DNA of 60,018 nucleotides from a virus (IMGVR_UViG_3300007513_000043:1-60018); one strand, 5' to 3'; counted from the stretch's first letter, positions 8,888 to 19,347 are shown. Program-made: numbers and translations. Notes: a model not told the origin generated them from the sequence alone.

Positions 8888-9057
8888 TGAGCGGTCAACT
8901 TAAAAGAGGCTGGGGTATAACCCAAGCAAAATATTGCCCTAAAATAAAAAAAGTATGGCAACAAAAAAGAAATGGTTCGATTGTGGTGTATATAGATATG
9001 CCGTCATATGGTCTTGAAAGAAAGGAAATGCCAATTGGACTTAAAAAAAGAAACTAA
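8887..9057 (+). CDS. hypothetical protein (start revised to MSGQLKR)
   Basis: GGAGG RBS; TAATG overlap. Confidence 0.6.
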   Translation: MSGQLKRGWGITQAKYCPKIKKVWQQKRNGSIVVYIDMPSYGLERKEMPIGLKKRN

Positions 9058-9325
9058 AGAATATTTAAAATTTATTAGAAAGCACCCTTGTATGGTGTGT
9101 GGTGAGAGTAATGTCGATTGTGACCACCTCCAAATAAGGGGTATGGGCGGTAAGGGTCGGAAGGGAACGCACTCGGGAACTATAGTAGATTTCAGTTGCG
9201 TCCCTCTTTGCCGTCTTCATCATACAGAGAGACATTCTTATGGTATCCGAAGATTTAATAAAGAATATAATACAGATTTATGGAAGGAGGCATTTATGCT
9301 CTTAAGGAGTTGGTATGTCGAATGA
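9008..9325 (+). CDS. DUF968/NinG-like HNH-type zinc-binding protein
   Basis: PCMVCG...DCDHL...VPLCRLHHTERH. Confidence 0.75.
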   Translation: MVLKERKCQLDLKKETKEYLKFIRKHPCMVCGESNVDCDHLQIRGMGGKGRKGTHSGTIVDFSCVPLCRLHHTERHSYGIRRFNKEYNTDLWKEAFMLLRSWYVE

Positions 9326-9704
9326 AATAAAAAGCAAATCGTTTAGGGGAATTGTTAACCCCGAAACACGTGTTTTAAAAATTATAAATAAAAAAGATTT
9401 TGATAAGTTCCTCGAATCTCTTGAAGGCGAGATAGAAATACACGTCTCAGAGGTTAATTCCCGAACACACTGGCAGAATAACTATTACTGGAAAGTCGTA
9501 ATAGGCACTTTAATAGGGACAAATTCTCTTGGTGGTCACACAAAAGATGAAATGCATAAATTGCTGAAGAACCACTTTAAAGTGGAGTCAACCACAAAGC
9601 TCAATGTTTATGAATTTCAAGACTATATAGATAGAATAATAAGGTGGGCATCAATTGATTTCAGTATTATAATCCCCGAACCCGAAGACCAAGAGGACTC
9701 GTAA
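9315..9704 (+). CDS. NinB/Orf-like recombination mediator
   Basis: RTHWQNNYYW...STTKLNVYEFQDYIDRIIRWA. Confidence 0.75.
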   Translation: MSNEIKSKSFRGIVNPETRVLKIINKKDFDKFLESLEGEIEIHVSEVNSRTHWQNNYYWKVVIGTLIGTNSLGGHTKDEMHKLLKNHFKVESTTKLNVYEFQDYIDRIIRWASIDFSIIIPEPEDQEDS

Positions 9705-9710
9705 GTCCCC
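9693..9710 (-). terminator. possible terminator hairpin where the two arcs converge
   Basis: GGGGACT-TACG-AGTCCTC on the - strand; weak U-tract. Confidence 0.35.
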
Positions 9711-9716
9711 CGTAAG

Positions 9717-9866
9717 TTATTTTCTATCCTTAAGTTTTTTCGCCAATGCAATACCAGCAACACCACCAGCTGCTTTAGCTACCTTTTTTCCCACTGCTCC
9801 CCAACCTATTGCTTTAGTTAAACCTTTTCTTCCTAATCTAGTTACACCACCCAGTATTTTTAACAT
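9717..9866 (-). CDS. 49-aa cationic Gly/Ala/Lys-rich amphipathic peptide (not in ORF track)
   Basis: MLKILGGVTRLGRKGLTKAIGWGAVGKKVAKAAGGVAGIALAKKLKDRK; AGGAG RBS; starts 1 nt after the upstream stop. Confidence 0.75.
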   Translation of the reverse strand: MLKILGGVTRLGRKGLTKAIGWGAVGKKVAKAAGGVAGIALAKKLKDRK

Positions 9867-9867
9867 A

Positions 9868-10290
9868 CTATCTCCTTCTTATTCTTGTTGTTGTTGTCTT
9901 TCTAACCACTTTATATTTTTTTCTATTAAGAGCGCTCTTTTTTTTCTGTAGTTTTTGTACCGACTTTGTCTTCCTATTTATTCTTCTTGAAAGTCTTTTT
10001 ACCGCTCCTTTTGTTCCAAATCTTTTGGGCTTTCTTTTCCTTACCAAGCCCTTTTTTTCTTGTCTTTTTGTTCGAGCCATAATTGTATCTGATTGATTTG
10101 CTCTTTTAGTATAACGACCAACATTCTTGCCTTTTTTTGCCCTCTCAAGCCTCGAAGATATTGTAGATATTCTTTTGGTTTTTCGGGCAATCTTTTTGTC
10201 AATTCGCTTAGCCCTCTTTGTGTCTTTTTTGTAAGACTTAACCGCTTTTTTATTAACTCTTCCCTTTGGATATGTTATTCTTGTTCCCAT
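9868..10290 (-). CDS. highly basic (about 40% K+R) protamine/histone-like protein
   Basis: Composition; AAGGA RBS. Confidence 0.7.
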   Translation of the reverse strand: MGTRITYPKGRVNKKAVKSYKKDTKRAKRIDKKIARKTKRISTISSRLERAKKGKNVGRYTKRANQSDTIMARTKRQEKKGLVRKRKPKRFGTKGAVKRLSRRINRKTKSVQKLQKKKSALNRKKYKVVRKTTTTRIRRR

Positions 10291-10299
10291 ATTTTTCCT

Positions 10300-13200
10300 T
10301 TACCAGTTTATGTTTCTTCTTTTTCGTCCCTTATTAAATCCACCTTGATGTTGTTCTGGGTTTACCCTATTTTGAGTACCCCTTTTTTCTTTCATTTTTT
10401 GTTCTCTAATCCTCTTGTTTCTAACCGCTCTGCTATCCTTTGATTTTTGGTAATCTTCAGCTTGTTCTTTCGTATGACCCGGACCTCCCATTATTTTCCT
10501 AACAAACTGCCACCAAGTCCTTTTTTCATCTGTGTCTAGCGCATAATAATCATCCCAACCAGCTTGAGTCATAAGATTTCTAATAACATTAATTTCATCG
10601 TGGTCTTTTCCAAGAAATCCCTCTGCTATATTTATAGCATAATCAAGTCCAACCATTTGTTTCCTACTTAAAGACGAAACTGTCCTTCCAGCATTCCTTA
10701 TTACTCTAATATAACCCTTGTCTCTCTCCTCTAATGTAATATCTCCGCGTTGTGCCTCCCCAGTAAGGGCGAATATATCAGTAAGTATATTACTCGCGTC
10801 TCCAGCTAAATCTATAACTTGACCCAATAAACCACCATAACTAACCGTTAAGTTGCTAACCCTATATCCCCAGCCATATTTTTTCCTATATCCAAACATA
10901 CGATTAAGAGTCTCTTCAATGAGCATCATAGCGGTTAAGCGCACTGCAACTCCCCTTAAGCCAGCAGTAAATTTATTCCAATCCCCAGAACTTTCGTCAT
11001 ATTTATGCCTTCCTCCTAAGTTTGTGGTAATAGGTAGACCGTGGTATAGGGTTTGAAAATCTTGCACAAATTGCCCTAAAAATCGCAGTGGGTAATTTTG
11101 GGCAAACATAGGTAAACGTCCTATTGGGCTATGTTCAAGTAGAGACCTTTCCATTCTTTGATATCTAAATTGTGATTTTTCCGCAGCAACATAATCGGCG
11201 ATTTGCAACGCAACATATTTCATATTTCCAGCATCTATTTCGTGTAACAATCTGTTTTGCATACTTAAATCAAGACCGTCAAAGGATATTCTGCCCCTTA
11301 TATCTGGAAAAGAAACCTCTCCAGCCTTATATGACTTTAACATAGGCAACACTCTATTGTAAGTTTCATTAAAATCTACCCACCTACTTGATAAATCGAC
11401 CAACCCATAAATTCCCTTAAACTTGTCTAGTGCTTCTTTGGCTCCGGGAATACTGTCTATCCAACCAGACGCACCAACTCTTAAATACTCGTCCATAAGA
11501 GCTGATTGACTGCTCGTATTAGACATAAAGAATTGCTGAACATCTTTATCTGCGTTAAGAAAAGTAGAGCTTTTCCTAATGTTTAAAGCTCCTCTCCCAA
11601 ATGACTCTTTTATTATATTTTGAAGAGCAGAGGGCATATCTTGTATATTCACAGAGGTTAAACCCATAAGTACTTGCATTTTATTTCTTCCCCATTTTGT
11701 AGGGTTAGATAGAGTTGCAGCCATAAGCTTTCCAACAAACTTGCTTACTCCAGATTCAAATAAATCTGATGGATTAACTGTTAAGTCATTGTGCATTACA
11801 TTATATAAATCTTCTCTCATAGCCTCTGGGATTAAGCGATGATTAACCATTTTCATAAAATCGTAAACAATATCATCTATAAATAAAATGTTACTATCAG
11901 AATTTAATTTTCTTGTAAGATTCGATAAGGCATTGCCACCCCTTTCTCGCACGGCATCTCTGTCTTGTGCTTGTAATATTCCTTTGCTTAGACCCATATG
12001 GGAATTGGAATTCATTTCTTGTTTTTTTATGTCTGCGAGTTGAGGGGTGTAATTTTCCTTTATAAATCCTTCAACACTTGTGATTGCGTTTATAAGTCCC
12101 TTAAAATCTCCACTATCATAATACTCATCTAGCATCTCTAAATCTGCTTTTTCTACTCCGGGAATGTGAGTAGCATCGCTATTTCTGTATTGCTGGTATC
12201 TGTTAATTGCAATATCTCTTTGGTAGATTGGATTTTCATATATTTCACTCAAAGCATTGTTAATCTTGTGTGCATCTTCACTTAAATCACTATATTCCAA
12301 TTCGCCATTTCTATAGTTTTGTATTTGTTGCCCCACAGCCTCGTGAACATCTCTTATGTCGTTAAAGCCTAACTCTCTTAAAACCTTATTCATAGGTTCC
12401 ATTAATTCTTCTCTATATAAGTCTCTTCTGCCCTTTGCATCTCTATAGTCAATCCAAGTCTGATAAACTGGGAGAACTGGAACCATTCTCTCATATTTAT
12501 CAAAAGCTCCCGAAGTTCTATTTATTAAATATCCCCATCTTGAAACCTTTTGCCTTAACGAAGGATTCATACCTTTCAATGGCAAGTGCTTTGGTGCTAT
12601 CTTAACATTTTTATCTAATATTTTTTGTAAATCTGGGTCTTTTACCTTATTTCTTCTAAAGTCACGAATTTTCCTTTGTTGACCAACTGTTATATGCTCT
12701 TTTAATGTCTTCTTGTCTGCTCTTCTGAAATCAAGACCTCTTTTCATTCTTTTTGCAATAACCTTATCATTTAACATATCAAAAGCTCTTTGTCTAGTCT
12801 GGAAAGACGATAAAGCCATTTGATAGTATAGCATCATAGTCTCTGCTAGTGGATTGCCTTTTTGAGCTTCAGCAAATAATTGCTTTAGATTAGTAATTTG
12901 CTTTTTAGATGCGTCCACCATAGGAACTTGTTTAAAGAAAAACTTTTGAATATCTTTTAAGTCTTGATGAGTAGCTCTAGCTTCGTGCTGAACATATTTT
13001 CCGCCACCAGCGTGTATTTTCTCTCCAAGTAAATACCTTTCTGCTATTTTTATTCTAGCAAGAGCCTTTCTATTATCAACCCTTCTTTGTTCTGGCTTAC
13101 TCCTAAGCCCTTTCATATGTTCACTAAAAGAAATTTTATTCCCCTTTGAATCTACCATCTCTATACTCAACCCTAGTTTAGGATTTTTAATATAATCGAT

Positions 13201-16200
13201 AACAGCATCTTCTGTTTTTCTATATATAGGATTCTTTCTTAAGCTTTCTCTATTCTTATTAAACCAGTTTTTCATTTGCGCCCAAACTCTTTTAAACCAA
13301 TCTTTGGTTTTTTTGCCAAAGCTTTTTGGGTCACTCTCAAATTTCTTATATTGTTCTTTAAAGTTTTTAGCTGTTATACCAATCTTTTCACCAGCCGATT
13401 TAACATATTTTGGAAGGTCATTATATACAAAATGCCCAGCATCCACAAGACCCCTTCTTAGTAATCGCATATTTTGTGGTGTAAAACCTAACATACCAGC
13501 CTCAATACTATTAAAGTCTGACGCGAGGTCTTTATTCTTAAGACCTCCCGCCGACTTATCTTTTAGGCTCTTCTCTGAGGCTAATTTTAATGGTCCTTTA
13601 CCACTTTCTAGAATAGCTTGCTTTTCATTTTTATTTAGGTCTTCGAATTTTTTTCTTTGAATAGCTTTAACGCTGCTTTTACCAGAGATTCCGGGCTGTT
13701 TTCTTCCCAAAATTCCTTCGATTCTCTTATCATTGAATCCTCGTTCTTTTGCAAGTTTGATGAATTCTTGTTTGTAGTCTGTTTCATTTATACTCTCTCC
13801 TTTTATTCCATATTTACCATATAATCTTTTTTGTGGGAACCATATTTTAGCTTGTGCATCTGCTACTGTAGGCTCTCCACTTAACTTAACAACCCTCTCC
13901 ATTATACTTCTATATCTATTTCTCTCTCCACCACCTCCCGGAGCTTCTTTAGGAGCGTTAATATGTTCATTTAAGTTTTTAGCTCTTTTATTTAAAATTG
14001 TATCCTTTTTAAAACCACCCCTTTCATAAACCCTATGAACTTCTTTTGCTATATCTATCATAGCGGCATCATCTTTTAAAACATCTCTAGTAATTCCATA
14101 TTTTTCTCTAGCAGACTTATTACTTCTTATTGCATTCTTAAAGTTTTTTAATTGTTTTGTGTAGTCTCTTCCGAAATCCTTTCCTTTCCCAGCTTCGGGC
14201 AATAAATCACCGGTAATTCTTCTCATATTTCTAATGAAATGTAAGTCCATCGTCAATGGTTTCCCGTTGCCTTGGATATTTTGGAAGAAGGCACCACCTA
14301 CTTTTGGTCCAAATATAGAGCTACCCATAACCTTTGTATCTAATGTTTCACCACTTATAGCCTTAATACCAGCATCTCTTAATTGTCTTACTGTAAATTC
14401 TGTATTTAAAAATCTGTGTAGTCTTTCCTCACCCCAAATTTCTGAAAGTTTATTATAAGTTTTAAAAGACTTTCTCATTGCTGGCATCTCCTTACCAGCT
14501 CCCATAGCTTGTTTTTCAGCTTTACTTAAGTTCTTTCCAAAGTTCTCATCGAATTTGCCATTTTTTAAATAATACTCATATTGTTGCATAGCTATTTTAC
14601 TATTAGAGGGAACTCCTTGACCATTACTTGTTATAGCAAGAACTGCATTGAAAGCAGTCTCTTTTGTAGGGTTATTTTTCATTTGTGGATAAATTTCTCT
14701 AGCTATTTTTAATGCACTTTGCATTTTTTCGCTATACCAACCATCTGCATTCCACTCTCTTTGATTCTCTCTTGCTATCTCACTTGCTATTACTTGCGCT
14801 ACAATTTCATTAGACTCTGGAGTATCTTGTCTTAAGTCTATTCCAAGCTCTTTTTGTATTTTTAAAGATTTTTGAGTAAGATATTTTGATAAGTCGGAAA
14901 CATTCTTAAACTGAGGGACTGGCTCTTTTGCATCAAAAACATCTTTTGAGGACAACTTATCAGCAATAATTTTCTTCTGCTTTGCGGGGATTGCTCCAGC
15001 TTTTTTAATAACCGGCTTAGCAAGACTTTGCATCGCTTTAATCTTTTGGGCTGGTGTTAAAGGCTTTCCTTTTGCATCTACTTCTTCTATTGAGGCACCT
15101 ATCTTAGGGTTTTTAAGATATTCCTTGATATATCCTTTAGCTTTTCCATAGAAATTTTTGAGATTGTTCCACACTTTATTAAAGAACTTTCCAGCGCTAG
15201 ATTTAGTTTCTCCAGACCAGTTGCTAAAGCGTTCTTTAAAATTATTAGCATTAACGCCAATTTTTCCACCAAGTTTTTGCAAATGTTTCGGCAAATCATT
15301 ATAAACATATCTTCCTCCTCCTATTAATACATCGGCTGCATTTTTTATATTTTGTGGTGTAATAGGACCAGAGCCAACCTCAAATCCTTTTCCAACTGCT
15401 TTCACAGCTAAATCTGTTTCGAAATCTCTTAATTGTTCCTTAGTTAATTCATCTACGCTATCAACTCCGTATTTATCGTTTAAATCTTGTTCTAGATTTT
15501 TACTTAACTTCCAATCTTTTCCATATTCTCTTTCTATAACAGCTTCATCTATTCTTTGTGATAAAGTTTTAGGAGCTTCCTTTTTAGAAACTTTCGTTTC
15601 TTCAGCTAAACCTTTAGCCATAATTCTTTCATTTTCTTTTTTAGCTATAAATTTGGCTTCAGAAAATGCTCTGTCTTTAGCATTCAAATATAAATCTTTT
15701 TCTTTTTTAGTTAAAGGTCTTACTTTACTAAAACCAACTTCCTTGCCACCTACCATCGCTACATATCCTTGTCTCTTCTCATCCCAAGTAGAACTTGTTG
15801 GTTGGTCATATTTTTGTTCTATTTCTCTTTTTTTATCTTCCAGTTCTGATAATTTATCAATTAACTTTTGAGCTTTAGGAGTTAGGTCTCCTAAGAATTC
15901 GTCTCTAATTTCATCAGTTGACATACTCTCAATAGATTCTTTTACATCTGCAATCTGTTTATCTATCGTAGATAATTCAGTAGGAGCTTTCTTTTTAACT
16001 TTCGTCTTTGGAACTGCTACAACACCAGAGGGTTGAACTTTCGGTGCTGGTTTTGGAGTTTCTTTTGGAGCTAAATCAAAATTCCCTTTGTCGTCTATTT
16101 TTGTTCCGGCAGGTAATTCAATAGTTTTGCCTCCAGAAATAATTTGTCTTGTTTTGTCTCTTAACTCTATACCAGCTTTTTCACTTTTAACTGGAATATT

Positions 16201-19200
16201 ATCAATATTCTCTCCACGTGGTCCTAATAACTTAACATTATGGTAATTATTTGAAGCAGATGGTGGCTCATATTTAACATTAAATACTTTCATTATACTC
16301 TTAGGTCTGAAACCCATACCAAATAAAAGACCATCAGCCATTGTAATTGAAAAATCTCCATTTAAAACCTCAGTCCAAAAATTTACATCTTTCCCAGCCT
16401 TAAGCATAGCATCAGCAAGTGCCCTATCGCTTCCTTGTATTTTATCATATTTATCTGGGTGAATTTTCTTAAGTATATCTTTTATGATTTCTCTTTCTTT
16501 TTTATTCCATTTAATCTTATATTTATCTTTTTTGAAGGCAAAATCTTCTATATTTTTAAAACCATTGGTTACCATACCAATTCCTTTTAAACCAGCTATG
16601 GTTGCTAACGCGTGGGCATATTCTCCATTACTAGGCATATTTAAACCCTTCCATTCCCCAGTTCTTATTAGTTCACCAAGACTGGCATCAGACATTACAA
16701 ATCCTAAAGTTTCAGTACCAAGCCCAGATGCAGATGCTCCAACTCCTTCAAATAGTTTATATCCCGCACTACTCATATTCATTCCAGTTTTTTGACCTAA
16801 GTATGCAACAGCAGTGCCAAACAATCTACTACCAAAGGCACCAGCCGCTGGTAGTAATGAGCCTACTGCTGCTCCAGAACCATAAGCTTTTAATGCTTCT
16901 CCAAATTTAACATTATACACTCCGTCTTCAGCCATTTGATTCGCCAAACTATGAACACCAAAAAAAACACCTAATTGATTAGCCGATATTGCAACTTTAG
17001 TACCTTGTTTAGATAATGTTTTGCTTAATTCTATAGCGGCAGCTTTAGTTGCTTTATTTATACCGCCTTGTATTCCCTTTCCAGCAATAGATGATGCTGA
17101 AGTATAAGGTACTCTACCACCGGTCATTCTCGATATAAACGCTGCTGCGCTTTCTTTTGTCTTAACAAGCCATTCCGCTGTTTTAACAACAAGTGGTCTA
17201 GGTAAGATTTTACCAGCATCAATAGCCTTACTTAAATTAAAGCCTTTCTTTGATAAATCTAGACCTTTAGGAACCTTACTTACAGCTCTAGTTATACCGT
17301 TATTCATCAATCCAAGTGGACCTCTTAAAGCATACATATCAGCAACTATTCCTAATGTTGCCCCAATACCTCTATGCCAATCAGTAACTCCTTCCCCGGG
17401 ATTAACATCCCATATACTCATAGCTCCAGCTGACCTATCCCATTCCCCAGTTTTTTCATTGTATTTACCAGTCAGACTATTTTGATGGTCGTAAAATGCC
17501 CATTTAACTTGATTATTTGAATGATTATGATTGTTGGTAAATATACTTGAAAGCATTTTTCCAATACCAAACTGCTCTTGACTCCAGTATCCAGCATCAA
17601 GATGACCTATTACTTCTGGAATAGCATCAACCCACGATATTCCACTTTTATTCCTATCTATTGTCTCCCCTTTTGAATTAATATTATCCATTCTCATACT
17701 AGAACGAGGAATATTATAACCATCTCTTTCAAGCAAAGACCTTGCCTCTAAAGTGGAAATTTCTCCATTAGCCCTTTTCTGATTTAAAGCCTTTATAAAT
17801 TCCATATTAAATTCATCGTGATAAGATTGAAGTCTTAATTTTCCTCTTTTCCTTTCAACGTCATCACCGGGGTCAAAAAGATTACCTATACCATTAACCG
17901 TTCTTTCAATAAACGATGTCTCCATTGCCTCATCAATAGCAAGACTTGTTTCTAGCATCTTATCTGGCGAATCAACATTTACTTTAGGGTATGCACTTAA
18001 TAAATTTTCATTATAAGCTATAAGCTCTTCTACTGATGAAGTATCTTTTGGAGACATAGGACCACTAGTAGGAATGAATCTATCTGTACCGGGAACTTGA
18101 ACTAAACTTGAGGCAGAACTTATTCTAAATCTATCATCTGTATTTGTTATCCAAGGGTCTGGCTCAAAGCCCTCTTTATTAGTTAAATTTATACCATATT
18201 TATGAGAATTAATAGCTCCGGGTAGCCAGCTATACTTATTCCTTAAAGAATAGTCTGAATCATACATAGAATGTATATCAAAAGATTGGAGCTTTTTTTC
18301 TATTTCTTCATCATTGAAACCGCCAAAGTTTTTCAATTGCGCTTTATAGTCTTCCCTAGCTTCTCCGCTTATAATTTGTTCTGGACTATATACTCTTTCA
18401 ATTCCAGTCGTATAAATATCATCCCTTCCTCCAGTTCTTCTTGCATCTCTTGATATTTCATCATCCTTGGCAAAACTTAGATATCCAGCCCCAGTACCAA
18501 CTGACTCCCCATAATCACTTTCGACAAAACCAGCTTCAGATAATTTCTTTCTATTAACAACAGCCCATTGGTCTGATGTATAATTATTTACTGGGTTAAC
18601 TAAAACACCATTTTCATCTCTCTTAGCATCAATTCTTGCTTCCATTTCCGTAATTTTATGGTTTGGCAACTTTTTAAGCCACGCATCATTATGAATGATA
18701 TTAGTAGAACCATCGGGCATAGTCATCTCTACATAGTCTGGTGTTTCATAATCTTTATTCCATAAGTTCGTAAATGTAGATATATTGCCTTGACCTGCCT
18801 CTGCGCTAACTTGCTCCCAACTTAGCGTGTTTCTAAAATCATCACTATCCATATCCCCTACTTGATTGACATACCATTTAAGTTCTTGAGTCTCTGGGTC
18901 ATATCCAAAATCTCTAACAGTATCAAATTCATCAAAGTATTTTGGGTCTTTTATTTCTGGATTCCAATCACCTATACTTTCATTATATACTTTCTGAACA
19001 TCTTCGAATGGGAGGGTTCCATTTAATATACCATTTCTTGTAGTCTCTTCTAAATGGTCAGCTCTTGCACTATTAACATACTCTTTAAATAGCTTTACAT
19101 TCTTTTCATCTCTAGCTTTAGTGAATTGTTGGCTTAAGGGTTGCTTATCTTCTTGTTCGAATCGATTTATTTCGTCTTGAATAGCCCTATCCGACTCGGC

Positions 19201-19347
19201 TTTTTGACGCATCTTTTCCGCTCTTGCCTTATTTAGAACTTTTTGAGCAATACTCGTTTCTTCTAGCTTAGCTTCTTGTTCTCTTCTTTGCTTTTCTTTT
19301 TGATGCTCGAGTTTTGCTGCTTCTTGATACTCTTGTAGTAAACTCAT
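10300..19347 (-). CDS. giant internal virion/DNA ejection protein with an embedded HhH-GPD-like domain
   Basis: 3015 aa at the end of the late operon; Gly/Ala-rich hydrophobic helices; GPKVG...MDLHFIRNMRRITG motif. Confidence 0.7.
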   Translation of the reverse strand: MSLLQEYQEAAKLEHQKEKQRREQEAKLEETSIAQKVLNKARAEKMRQKAESDRAIQDEINRFEQEDKQPLSQQFTKARDEKNVKLFKEYVNSARADHLEETTRNGILNGTLPFEDVQKVYNESIGDWNPEIKDPKYFDEFDTVRDFGYDPETQELKWYVNQVGDMDSDDFRNTLSWEQVSAEAGQGNISTFTNLWNKDYETPDYVEMTMPDGSTNIIHNDAWLKKLPNHKITEMEARIDAKRDENGVLVNPVNNYTSDQWAVVNRKKLSEAGFVESDYGESVGTGAGYLSFAKDDEISRDARRTGGRDDIYTTGIERVYSPEQIISGEAREDYKAQLKNFGGFNDEEIEKKLQSFDIHSMYDSDYSLRNKYSWLPGAINSHKYGINLTNKEGFEPDPWITNTDDRFRISSASSLVQVPGTDRFIPTSGPMSPKDTSSVEELIAYNENLLSAYPKVNVDSPDKMLETSLAIDEAMETSFIERTVNGIGNLFDPGDDVERKRGKLRLQSYHDEFNMEFIKALNQKRANGEISTLEARSLLERDGYNIPRSSMRMDNINSKGETIDRNKSGISWVDAIPEVIGHLDAGYWSQEQFGIGKMLSSIFTNNHNHSNNQVKWAFYDHQNSLTGKYNEKTGEWDRSAGAMSIWDVNPGEGVTDWHRGIGATLGIVADMYALRGPLGLMNNGITRAVSKVPKGLDLSKKGFNLSKAIDAGKILPRPLVVKTAEWLVKTKESAAAFISRMTGGRVPYTSASSIAGKGIQGGINKATKAAAIELSKTLSKQGTKVAISANQLGVFFGVHSLANQMAEDGVYNVKFGEALKAYGSGAAVGSLLPAAGAFGSRLFGTAVAYLGQKTGMNMSSAGYKLFEGVGASASGLGTETLGFVMSDASLGELIRTGEWKGLNMPSNGEYAHALATIAGLKGIGMVTNGFKNIEDFAFKKDKYKIKWNKKEREIIKDILKKIHPDKYDKIQGSDRALADAMLKAGKDVNFWTEVLNGDFSITMADGLLFGMGFRPKSIMKVFNVKYEPPSASNNYHNVKLLGPRGENIDNIPVKSEKAGIELRDKTRQIISGGKTIELPAGTKIDDKGNFDLAPKETPKPAPKVQPSGVVAVPKTKVKKKAPTELSTIDKQIADVKESIESMSTDEIRDEFLGDLTPKAQKLIDKLSELEDKKREIEQKYDQPTSSTWDEKRQGYVAMVGGKEVGFSKVRPLTKKEKDLYLNAKDRAFSEAKFIAKKENERIMAKGLAEETKVSKKEAPKTLSQRIDEAVIEREYGKDWKLSKNLEQDLNDKYGVDSVDELTKEQLRDFETDLAVKAVGKGFEVGSGPITPQNIKNAADVLIGGGRYVYNDLPKHLQKLGGKIGVNANNFKERFSNWSGETKSSAGKFFNKVWNNLKNFYGKAKGYIKEYLKNPKIGASIEEVDAKGKPLTPAQKIKAMQSLAKPVIKKAGAIPAKQKKIIADKLSSKDVFDAKEPVPQFKNVSDLSKYLTQKSLKIQKELGIDLRQDTPESNEIVAQVIASEIARENQREWNADGWYSEKMQSALKIAREIYPQMKNNPTKETAFNAVLAITSNGQGVPSNSKIAMQQYEYYLKNGKFDENFGKNLSKAEKQAMGAGKEMPAMRKSFKTYNKLSEIWGEERLHRFLNTEFTVRQLRDAGIKAISGETLDTKVMGSSIFGPKVGGAFFQNIQGNGKPLTMDLHFIRNMRRITGDLLPEAGKGKDFGRDYTKQLKNFKNAIRSNKSAREKYGITRDVLKDDAAMIDIAKEVHRVYERGGFKKDTILNKRAKNLNEHINAPKEAPGGGGERNRYRSIMERVVKLSGEPTVADAQAKIWFPQKRLYGKYGIKGESINETDYKQEFIKLAKERGFNDKRIEGILGRKQPGISGKSSVKAIQRKKFEDLNKNEKQAILESGKGPLKLASEKSLKDKSAGGLKNKDLASDFNSIEAGMLGFTPQNMRLLRRGLVDAGHFVYNDLPKYVKSAGEKIGITAKNFKEQYKKFESDPKSFGKKTKDWFKRVWAQMKNWFNKNRESLRKNPIYRKTEDAVIDYIKNPKLGLSIEMVDSKGNKISFSEHMKGLRSKPEQRRVDNRKALARIKIAERYLLGEKIHAGGGKYVQHEARATHQDLKDIQKFFFKQVPMVDASKKQITNLKQLFAEAQKGNPLAETMMLYYQMALSSFQTRQRAFDMLNDKVIAKRMKRGLDFRRADKKTLKEHITVGQQRKIRDFRRNKVKDPDLQKILDKNVKIAPKHLPLKGMNPSLRQKVSRWGYLINRTSGAFDKYERMVPVLPVYQTWIDYRDAKGRRDLYREELMEPMNKVLRELGFNDIRDVHEAVGQQIQNYRNGELEYSDLSEDAHKINNALSEIYENPIYQRDIAINRYQQYRNSDATHIPGVEKADLEMLDEYYDSGDFKGLINAITSVEGFIKENYTPQLADIKKQEMNSNSHMGLSKGILQAQDRDAVRERGGNALSNLTRKLNSDSNILFIDDIVYDFMKMVNHRLIPEAMREDLYNVMHNDLTVNPSDLFESGVSKFVGKLMAATLSNPTKWGRNKMQVLMGLTSVNIQDMPSALQNIIKESFGRGALNIRKSSTFLNADKDVQQFFMSNTSSQSALMDEYLRVGASGWIDSIPGAKEALDKFKGIYGLVDLSSRWVDFNETYNRVLPMLKSYKAGEVSFPDIRGRISFDGLDLSMQNRLLHEIDAGNMKYVALQIADYVAAEKSQFRYQRMERSLLEHSPIGRLPMFAQNYPLRFLGQFVQDFQTLYHGLPITTNLGGRHKYDESSGDWNKFTAGLRGVAVRLTAMMLIEETLNRMFGYRKKYGWGYRVSNLTVSYGGLLGQVIDLAGDASNILTDIFALTGEAQRGDITLEERDKGYIRVIRNAGRTVSSLSRKQMVGLDYAINIAEGFLGKDHDEINVIRNLMTQAGWDDYYALDTDEKRTWWQFVRKIMGGPGHTKEQAEDYQKSKDSRAVRNKRIREQKMKEKRGTQNRVNPEQHQGGFNKGRKRRNINW

